A DNA stretch of 29,748 bases from the NCBI GenBank assembly GCA_003174035.1, contig PRDV01000017.1, positions 1-29,748 on the forward strand, read 5' to 3'. Of this stretch, positions 8,494 to 15,841 are shown one piece after another; the stretch's first letter is position 1, and every line of letters begins with the position of its first letter. Source of the DNA: Candidatus Babelota bacterium. GTDB lineage: Bacteria > Babelota > Babeliae > Babelales > Babelaceae. Under the pieces are notes generated by a model that was not told where the DNA came from, searched no databases, and saw only the letters and a list, made by a program, of their open reading frames with translations. The translations under genes and the position numbers were made by a program.

Positions 8494-9726
8494 ATGACAA
8501 ATACCTCATCGCTAAAGACCAATATAATGGTATTGTTCCTATTCAGAATATATGCCAGTGCTATTGCAGCTGACTACGACCTTACCGTGATTGGATTTCA
8601 TAAATTTGATGAGAGTATTGGGAGAAGAACAATTGCTCAAATTAGAACGCTCTTTCGCGATCTAAACATTAATTATATAGATAGTAGACCTAAAAGATCG
8701 GTAGATGTTGATATAGAACGGCAAATACTTGAGATTATGAAAAATCCCGATAAAACTCCTGGGAAAGTTGCTTTTTTTGTGGATATTATGACTGAGGGGA
8801 AAAAACAATTATATAAAAAAACTCCGAAGAGTCAAATTAAATTTGCTTTTGTTACCGTCGAGTCATCAAAAATACCAAGGTCTTGGACTAATGCTTTAAA
8901 CACATATTTTGATGGTGTCGTTGTTCCAGATATATGGTTAGTTGAGGTATTAGAGAAAGCAGGAGTTAAAATTCCAATCTTTGTTCTCCCAGAAATATGT
9001 TATCTAGAGGACTTTTTAGCTGAGCCCTTACAGCAGAACCCTCGCAGCCCCTTTGTTTTTGGTATATCAGCCATTATGGCAAATAACAAAAACTATGACT
9101 TATTATTAGCTGCTTTCATTTCTGAATTTGAAGATTCAGAAAATGTAATTTTAAAAATTCATAGTGGCTACGGCAAAGGAGAGATTTGCAAGAAAATAAA
9201 AAGTTTAGCATCAAAAAAAATAATTGTGCACAAAAAATATATCGGCTGGAAAGATTATGTTGAATACATGAAATCAATTGATTGTTATGTTTTATTATCT
9301 CGAGGTGAAGGCTTTTCGGTTACCCCACGTGAGGCTTTAGCTTTAGGACATCCATGTATTTTAGCAAATAATACAGCCCATAAGACAATATGTGCTACAG
9401 GTTTGGTTCGTAGTGTAAGATCTAATATTATAATAAATCATGATGGCCAGTTTTATGATGAATGCCTAGGTCACTATTTTAATTGTGATTTGAATGATGC
9501 TCGCAAGGCATTAAGAGACGTATATGAAAACTATGATGTATATCTAAAAATGGCTTATGAAGGAAGGGAGTGGGTTAAGCAATACTTATCATGTAATTTA
9601 AGAAGCAAATATCTTTCACTGTTCAAACCTAAAAAAATTATATTGGGCACTAGCAACGAAGCTGGGGAAGACTATCTGATGACAAATTCGGAAACACTTT
9701 ATAAGAAGTATACAAATCTTACTTAA
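8494..9726 (+). CDS. GT4-like (GT-B) glycosyltransferase, paralog B
   Basis: DCYVLLSRGEGFSVTPREALALGHPCILANNTAHKTI. Colinear with paralog A (NPDKTPG, ESxxIPxxW, FDxVVVPD). Confidence 0.82.
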   Translation: MTNTSSLKTNIMVLFLFRIYASAIAADYDLTVIGFHKFDESIGRRTIAQIRTLFRDLNINYIDSRPKRSVDVDIERQILEIMKNPDKTPGKVAFFVDIMTEGKKQLYKKTPKSQIKFAFVTVESSKIPRSWTNALNTYFDGVVVPDIWLVEVLEKAGVKIPIFVLPEICYLEDFLAEPLQQNPRSPFVFGISAIMANNKNYDLLLAAFISEFEDSENVILKIHSGYGKGEICKKIKSLASKKIIVHKKYIGWKDYVEYMKSIDCYVLLSRGEGFSVTPREALALGHPCILANNTAHKTICATGLVRSVRSNIIINHDGQFYDECLGHYFNCDLNDARKALRDVYENYDVYLKMAYEGREWVKQYLSCNLRSKYLSLFKPKKIILGTSNEAGEDYLMTNSETLYKKYTNLT

Positions 9727-9887
9727 ATCATTTTTTTGAAATCAAGCAACTCAGAAAATAATTTGTTAACCCATTGCAGCGCAATAATACAATTGATCTA
9801 AACACTCTGTTAAGAAATAAGGCATATTGGAACACATCACCAATTCTATTAATCGCTATAGAGCATTTACATTTTCTGAGCAAACCC

Positions 9888-9917
9888 TTGCATTTTCAAA
9901 TTCTAACCTGCTAGTCT
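9888..9917 (+). promoter_or_regulatory. Candidate sigma70 promoter for the GT2-TPR/GT2/PP-loop operon
   Basis: TTGCAT-18 nt-TAGTCT with TG at the extended -10 position. It supports ATG 9954 rather than 9918 as the start. Confidence 0.35.
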
Positions 9918-9953
9918 ATGCCAGATTTAAATTTATCATGTATGGGAGACTCA

Positions 9954-11234
9954 ATGAACATCAGACTTCTTTTGCTATCTTCACTATTCTTTAACCTATT
10001 GGTGAGCACCGCAGGTGCAACTATCTACCCACCCAATCCATTACTGGTCATACTGCTGATGGTGAAAAATGAAAAGGAACGCATTGTACAAACATTAGAA
10101 ACCTATGTATCCAAAAATGAAAGCGCAAAGAAAGAAGTTGCGTATGTTATCTATGATACCGGCTCAAGTGATGGAACCGAAGACCTGGCCAAAGGATTCT
10201 TTGAGAAAAAAGAAATTACTGATTACGCCATAATAAAGGAAAGCCACTGGCCAGCGGGGAAAGACTTCCCTTATGGGAAAGCGCGCAACCGAGCACTAGA
10301 GCTCGTGCGTGAAAAATACCCAGAATCACTGTTTATCCTATTTCCTGATGCTGAATGGTACCTACACACCATTGATAAACTGTTAACATTCTGCAGAGAG
10401 GAATCGATTAAAGCTGCCCAGGGGCAGGCAATACCGCCTTACTATCACAACCGTATGTGCTGGGGAAATTCTCATATTTCGTTAACCTCAAGACTTATTG
10501 CAACGCATGATGACGTCAAATATGACTATTTTGATCGCCATGAATGCCTTAATAAGACATCCTGCCGAGACACACCTGAATCAGTCTATTTCGAAATCAT
10601 ACCAAGCCCGAGTGGCGCAGAACGCAGCCGAAAGCGCTGGGAATCTGATCGTGACTATTTTCTCAATCTTTTACTAGCAGATCCTAAGGATGTGCGTGCT
10701 GCTCACTATGTAGCAAAAAGCGAAAAATGGCTTGGCAATTACCGCAATGCTTACATCTACTATAAAATGCGCCGCGATCTCCATTCATTCCCTCAAGAAG
10801 ATTGGGAGGGATTGTATGAACTTGGAGCTGTTACCGAAGTTCTATCTGAGGAAGAGCCAGATCAATTTACCTGGGATGAGGCACTCAAATACTATCTAGA
10901 GGCTATTGCTCTCAGACCACATCGCGCAGAACCAATGGTAAAGATCGCTCAACATTACTTTTTTAAAGAACAAAAATATGGCTTAAGCTATATTTTTGCG
11001 CGTAGGGCCTGTGAGCTTCCTATGCCTGCTATCGAAAAGGAAATACTCCCTATACAGACCCATTGTTATACTTTAGATCGTTGGGAAATCTTGAGCCTGT
11101 GCGCTTTTTACATAGGTGAATATGAAGTCGGTGAAGCAGCTGCTAAAAAAGCCATCGAAGCCAGCCCAAATAGTCCACATTTGTATAAAAATCTCTCCTA
11201 CTATTGGGAAAGAAAGAACAAGGAGAGAGCATGA
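9954..11234 (+). CDS. GT2 family glycosyltransferase with C-terminal TPR-like repeats and signal peptide
   Basis: LLMVKNEKERI, YDTGSSDGT, ARNRALE, FPDAEW (DAD-like), HE. C-terminal helical repeats such as WDEALKYYLEAIALRPHRAEPMVKIAQHY and GEAAAKKAIEASP. Start at ATG 9954 (GGAG RBS). Confidence 0.82.
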   Translation: MNIRLLLLSSLFFNLLVSTAGATIYPPNPLLVILLMVKNEKERIVQTLETYVSKNESAKKEVAYVIYDTGSSDGTEDLAKGFFEKKEITDYAIIKESHWPAGKDFPYGKARNRALELVREKYPESLFILFPDAEWYLHTIDKLLTFCREESIKAAQGQAIPPYYHNRMCWGNSHISLTSRLIATHDDVKYDYFDRHECLNKTSCRDTPESVYFEIIPSPSGAERSRKRWESDRDYFLNLLLADPKDVRAAHYVAKSEKWLGNYRNAYIYYKMRRDLHSFPQEDWEGLYELGAVTEVLSEEEPDQFTWDEALKYYLEAIALRPHRAEPMVKIAQHYFFKEQKYGLSYIFARRACELPMPAIEKEILPIQTHCYTLDRWEILSLCAFYIGEYEVGEAAAKKAIEASPNSPHLYKNLSYYWERKNKERA

Positions 11235-12073
11235 TAGCACTACTATTGGCACTAACAATCTTTAGCTCGCTGTATGCCACACAAGAGCCAGAATTTGTGG
11301 TACTCGTTACCTCATATAATAATGAGAAATGGGTAGATAGGAATCTTGATTCCATCATATGCCAACGGGCATCACGCCCCTTTCAGATAATCTGCGTTAA
11401 TGACGGATCATCTGATCGTACCGGCGAGCTTATGGATGCTTACGCAAAAAAGCATACCTTGCCTGAGAGTTTCCTAAAAATCATACATAATAAAGAGCGT
11501 GTAGGATCTGCCCTTGAAAATATCTACAACACGGTACACAACCATATAGAAGACCATAAGATAGTCGTGTGTGTTGATGGTGATGACACCCTTTCCTTTA
11601 GCGGTGTTCTTGAAAGGCTTGAAAAGGAATATCGTAATCCCGACGTATGGATGACCTATGGAAGATTCGTTGTGTATCCTGCGGGAGAATTCTGGACAGC
11701 ATGTCAGGGTTATCCCGAAGAGGTTATTCGTGCACGTAGTTTCCGGCAGCACTATAATGTTCCTTCTCACCTCAAGACCTTTCGTGCAGCTCTCTTTAAA
11801 AAAGTAAGACGCGTAGATCTTCTAGATCCTTCAGGACAGATATACCGCAAAGCATGGGATATGGCTATGCTCTTCCCTATGCTCGAAATGTGCGCGCCTA
11901 AAAATGCGACCGCACCAAACCATAGCGTATTTATTGCCGATACCGTACTGTATGTATACAACTATGATAACCCCATCGGGGATTCCCGCACCGATGCAGG
12001 GCGACTGGAACAGATAAAGCTCGATCGCCATATACGCTCATTACCACCTTATGAACCATTGGATACGTTGTGA
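11231..12073 (+). CDS. GT2 family glycosyltransferase, paralog A, with signal peptide
   Basis: VLVTSYNNEKW, VNDGSSDRT, VCVDGDD. ATG 11231 overlaps the upstream stop (ATGA) and has an AGGAG RBS. Confidence 0.85.
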   Translation: MIALLLALTIFSSLYATQEPEFVVLVTSYNNEKWVDRNLDSIICQRASRPFQIICVNDGSSDRTGELMDAYAKKHTLPESFLKIIHNKERVGSALENIYNTVHNHIEDHKIVVCVDGDDTLSFSGVLERLEKEYRNPDVWMTYGRFVVYPAGEFWTACQGYPEEVIRARSFRQHYNVPSHLKTFRAALFKKVRRVDLLDPSGQIYRKAWDMAMLFPMLEMCAPKNATAPNHSVFIADTVLYVYNYDNPIGDSRTDAGRLEQIKLDRHIRSLPPYEPLDTL

Positions 12074-12996
12074 AAGGTTTAACCATGTTTCGCTTACCAT
12101 TTCTTCTTAGTATAGCTTCTAAAGCCATGAAAATGGTTCTTACACTCACCGCAGCACTCGTATTATTGCTAGAATCATATTCCTTATTTGCAGTCGGAAA
12201 AACGGAATCAATTCAACCACCACTCGAATTTGTCATTCTCGTTCCTTCCTATAACAATGAAAAATATGCACGACGCAATCTTGAATCGCTCATTAACCAA
12301 AAGACATCAGTCCCCTATTCAATCATATGTGTTAATGATTGCTCCACTGATAAAACTGGTGCCATCATGGAAGATATTGCGCGAGAGAACAATCTCTCTT
12401 CCTCTTTTTTAAAAATCATTCATAATCCTGCGCGCAAAGGAGCGCTTGCCAATATCTACAACACCATCCACGATCACCTTAAAGATCACCAAATTGTGGT
12501 GTTAGTAGATGGCGATGATAGCCTTGCTCATAATAATGTGCTTGCCCGGCTTGAGCAGGAATATGCTAACCCCAACCTTTGGATGACCTACGGGCAATTT
12601 ATTTTTTATCCCAGCGGCCGATGGGGTACCACCTATGAAATATTTAGAGACGAACTCATCGAGAAAAAAGTACGAACTCTTGTGTATGTTGCTCAACATT
12701 TGCGCACCTTCAAAGCAAGCCTTTTTAAAAAAATTCGTAAAGATGATCTCATGCTCGATGGGAAATTTTATGCGATGAATGCTGATATGGCTACTATGAT
12801 CCCGATGCTTGAAATGTGCGCACCAATAAGCAAGGATGCACCAAATCGTAGCAAGTTCATCCCTGACATTCTCTATATCTATAACTATGACAATCCGATA
12901 TGCGATTATCGCGTAAACAACGGACTCCAATTAGAACTTGAAAAAGTAATTCGCGCCCTTAAGCCATACGATCCTTTAGAAACTTTAACTACATGA
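12070..12996 (+). CDS. GT2 family glycosyltransferase, paralog B
   Basis: ILVPSYNNEKY, VNDCSTDKT, LVDGDD, WMTYGQF, HLRTFKA. Colinear with paralog A. The start is ambiguous (GTG 12070 with GTGA overlap, or a later ATG). Confidence 0.85.
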   Translation: MKGLTMFRLPFLLSIASKAMKMVLTLTAALVLLLESYSLFAVGKTESIQPPLEFVILVPSYNNEKYARRNLESLINQKTSVPYSIICVNDCSTDKTGAIMEDIARENNLSSSFLKIIHNPARKGALANIYNTIHDHLKDHQIVVLVDGDDSLAHNNVLARLEQEYANPNLWMTYGQFIFYPSGRWGTTYEIFRDELIEKKVRTLVYVAQHLRTFKASLFKKIRKDDLMLDGKFYAMNADMATMIPMLEMCAPISKDAPNRSKFIPDILYIYNYDNPICDYRVNNGLQLELEKVIRALKPYDPLETLTT

Positions 12997-14456
12997 GAAC
13001 CATCATGATCAAACCACTCAAAATCTTTGTATATAGCATAGCGTGTCTTTTGCCCCTGGCTCTCGAAGCAGAAAAAGCGATTCGCTTAGCGGATTGCTTA
13101 GCGAATCGCCAGGTAGATTACAAAGCAGGTCAGCGGGAGGCGCGCCAGGCGACTCGCCTCCCTCGACGTACGGTGAATCAAGAAAAGATTAATCTTATCG
13201 AATCCGTAACGGTGCAAAAGAATGTTATTAAGATCGAAATCAACGAAGGATTTAAGAAAAAATACCTCTTAGGTGACTTTTTTGCGCAGTACGATAAAGA
13301 CATTAATCTCGAACCACTTGATTATACCATTCAGATCATGCCCTTTATTATGAATGTGGTATCTATTGTGTGGATTTCAGGGCGAGATTATTATATAGAC
13401 GCTATGGATGAAGAACTCTATGCTTCGCTTGAAAAAGTAAAAGAAGTCTTTCGTCGTATGTATAAAAAAACTTCCTGGCAAGGACGGCTCATTCCGCGAA
13501 AGCTCGTAAAAAATACTGCACCATTTTCATCTACTGATCGCTCAGAAAATCAGTATCTTGCACTATTGTTTAGTGGTGGGCTTGATTCAACTGCTTCTTC
13601 ACTGTATCATCGCCACAAAAAGCAACTGCTCATTACCGTATGGGGACATTGGGATCTGCCATTGCATGATGAAAAACTCTGGAATATCCGTGCAGAGCAA
13701 TTAAGAGATTTTGGGAGAGAGTATGGCCATGAAAATGCCTTCATTAAATCAAACTACTACTCATTCTTAAACCGACCAGTTCTTGATAAAATATCTCCTG
13801 AGATAAGTTCTTGGCGTATTTTTACCGTCGAAGGTATCGGCTGGGCAGGCCTAGCTGCTCCTTTAATGCTGTTAAAAGGCTATCCTGAATTACGCCATGC
13901 CTCTACGGTTACCTGGGACTTTAAGTTTCCTGCAGCTGCTAACCCTTTTGTTGATGATAATATTCATTTCTCAGGTTGTTGGCTTAAGCATGATCTTTTT
14001 GATATGAACCGCATAGAAAAATGCGCCTTCATTGCAGATTTATGCAAGAAAGAGCAGCTCTCAATTCCTCAAATTCGTGTCTGCGAAGAAAAAATTGTGG
14101 GCAACTGCTGCAAGTGCCAAAAATGCGTACGTACTATTCTTGAGCTCATCGTCATTGGTGAAAAGCCTGCTGATTATGGATTCGATATTAGTGAAGAAGC
14201 AGCACTCAGAAAATCAAAGGAATTTATGGATAAGCATACTACCGGCTATACCACCGTATGGCATTTCATGCATATGCAGGAACTGCTTGCGCAAAGGAAG
14301 GCCCGGGGTGAAAAGATTCCACAGGATCTCGAATGGATCTTATCGGTTGATCTGAATAAAAAAATTACCAAAGATATTAAGTTTCAGGATACCATCAATT
14401 GGCATGATTTTGCTGATCTTTTGCCTGACATCATAATACCGACCAAGAAATCGTAA
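12993..14456 (+). CDS. PP-loop (adenine nucleotide alpha-hydrolase-like) protein with 4-Cys site, paralog 1; function unknown
   Basis: LALLFSGGLDS PP-loop; RVC-x7-C-x2-C-x2-C (CEEKIVGNCCKCQKC); signal-like N-terminus ending ALEA. Confidence 0.7.
   Translation: MRTIMIKPLKIFVYSIACLLPLALEAEKAIRLADCLANRQVDYKAGQREARQATRLPRRTVNQEKINLIESVTVQKNVIKIEINEGFKKKYLLGDFFAQYDKDINLEPLDYTIQIMPFIMNVVSIVWISGRDYYIDAMDEELYASLEKVKEVFRRMYKKTSWQGRLIPRKLVKNTAPFSSTDRSENQYLALLFSGGLDSTASSLYHRHKKQLLITVWGHWDLPLHDEKLWNIRAEQLRDFGREYGHENAFIKSNYYSFLNRPVLDKISPEISSWRIFTVEGIGWAGLAAPLMLLKGYPELRHASTVTWDFKFPAAANPFVDDNIHFSGCWLKHDLFDMNRIEKCAFIADLCKKEQLSIPQIRVCEEKIVGNCCKCQKCVRTILELIVIGEKPADYGFDISEEAALRKSKEFMDKHTTGYTTVWHFMHMQELLAQRKARGEKIPQDLEWILSVDLNKKITKDIKFQDTINWHDFADLLPDIIIPTKKS
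13077..13162. repeat. Two adjacent inverted repeats inside the coding sequence of PP-loop paralog 1
   Basis: GCGATTCGCTTAGC-ggatt-GCTTAGCGAATCGC (14-bp arms, 1 mismatch, 13077-13109) and GGGAGGCG-12 nt-CGCCTCCC (8-bp perfect, 13135-13162). 53/86 nt are G+C. Confidence 0.8.
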
Positions 14457-14463
14457 GGATGCT

Positions 14464-15840
14464 ATGCTAATTCTGGTTGTACTTGCTTTCCTGACTATAG
14501 TAAGCGCTTATGCCGTAGAAGAAAATCTAATTGAAAGCGTGCGCGTACACAAAAATAGGGTGGATATTGCACCTCATGCTGCATTTAAAAAGCAATATTT
14601 AAAAGGCAATTTCTTTGCTGAGTATGAAGAGGATATCAATCTCGAGGTATTTGATTATTCAATTCAAACAATGCCCTTCCTTATGAACGTTATCTCAATC
14701 GTCTGGATATCGGGCAATACCTATTACCTTGATGAAATGGATAGAGAGCTTTACCACTCGTTAGAACGGGTAAAAAAAGTATTTAAAACCATGTATCCTC
14801 GTACGAGCTGGAATGGTGAATTACGCGTTCGAAAGCTCGTTGATCATCCGCTACCATTTGCTCCTGTACCAGAAGAACGTACGGCGCTGCTGTTTAGCGG
14901 CGGCATTGATTCAACATCAACTGCACTTGCCCATTGCGACAAAAAACAGCTCTTCATTACTGCATGGGGACATTGGGATCTGCCGTTACATGAGCAATCT
15001 CTCTGGCAAACACGTAAAAAGAAAATCATAGCATTTGCTCAACAATGCTCAGAGCTACAGCAGAAAGATGAGAACTTACATCATTCTGCACCACGCAATG
15101 AAACATCCTGTATTCGTTCAAATTATGCTGCATTTTTAAATTGGGAATATTTATCAAACCTCACGCCAGAAATTATTAAATGGCGTTTGGGCACTGTAGA
15201 AGGGCTTGGTTGGGTAGGGCTTACTGCACCTATTCTGCTCACTAAAAAATATCCCGTTCTACGTATCGCATCATCGCATACGTGGCTGTATCCATACCCA
15301 TCTGCTGCCAGTCCTTTTGTCGATAACAATCTCTTTTTCTGCGGACTACGGGTACTGCATGATCAGTTTGATATGACGCGAGAAGATAAAATAGCATTCA
15401 TCGCACGTACCTGCAAAGAGCTGAAAATGGATCCGCCCTTTTTAAAGATCTGTTCACTTGAAAAGAAAAACGACGCTAACTGCGGTTCCTGCCGCAAATG
15501 CTTATCAAGCGCTATTGGATTCTTAGCAATAAATGAGAATCCAAAGGAGTATGGCATTAACATAGAGAGATCAACATTAATCAAAAGAACCCTCACCTTG
15601 CTTGCACCAGAGAAACTTAATTTCTATACCATTCTTTTTTTCAAAGGCATTCAAAAAACAATCCAAGAACGGCTTGAGCAAGGCAAACCAGTGCCTGAAG
15701 AGCTGAAAGTACTTTTAACAATAGATTTTAATGAGAAGCGAGCCTATGATGTTGAAAAACAGCATAAGCTTGATTGGCAGGAAATGCTTGCCCTATTACC
15801 AGATAGAGGCGATTTGCCCCTTACGATGGCGGGAAATTAA
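14464..15840 (+). CDS. PP-loop/4-Cys protein, paralog 2; function unknown
   Basis: TALLFSGGIDS; KIC-x9-C-x2-C-x2-C (CSLEKKNDANCGSCRKC); MLILVVLAFLTIVSAYA signal peptide; colinear with paralogs 1 and 3. Confidence 0.7.
   Translation: MLILVVLAFLTIVSAYAVEENLIESVRVHKNRVDIAPHAAFKKQYLKGNFFAEYEEDINLEVFDYSIQTMPFLMNVISIVWISGNTYYLDEMDRELYHSLERVKKVFKTMYPRTSWNGELRVRKLVDHPLPFAPVPEERTALLFSGGIDSTSTALAHCDKKQLFITAWGHWDLPLHEQSLWQTRKKKIIAFAQQCSELQQKDENLHHSAPRNETSCIRSNYAAFLNWEYLSNLTPEIIKWRLGTVEGLGWVGLTAPILLTKKYPVLRIASSHTWLYPYPSAASPFVDNNLFFCGLRVLHDQFDMTREDKIAFIARTCKELKMDPPFLKICSLEKKNDANCGSCRKCLSSAIGFLAINENPKEYGINIERSTLIKRTLTLLAPEKLNFYTILFFKGIQKTIQERLEQGKPVPEELKVLLTIDFNEKRAYDVEKQHKLDWQEMLALLPDRGDLPLTMAGN
15060..15089. 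repeat. 30-nt hairpin inside the coding sequence of PP-loop paralog 2
   Basis: GCAGAAAGATG-agaactta-CATCATTCTGC, 11-bp arms with 1 mismatch, within a 15-aa insertion relative to paralogs 1 and 3. Confidence 0.6.
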
Positions 15841-15841
15841 T

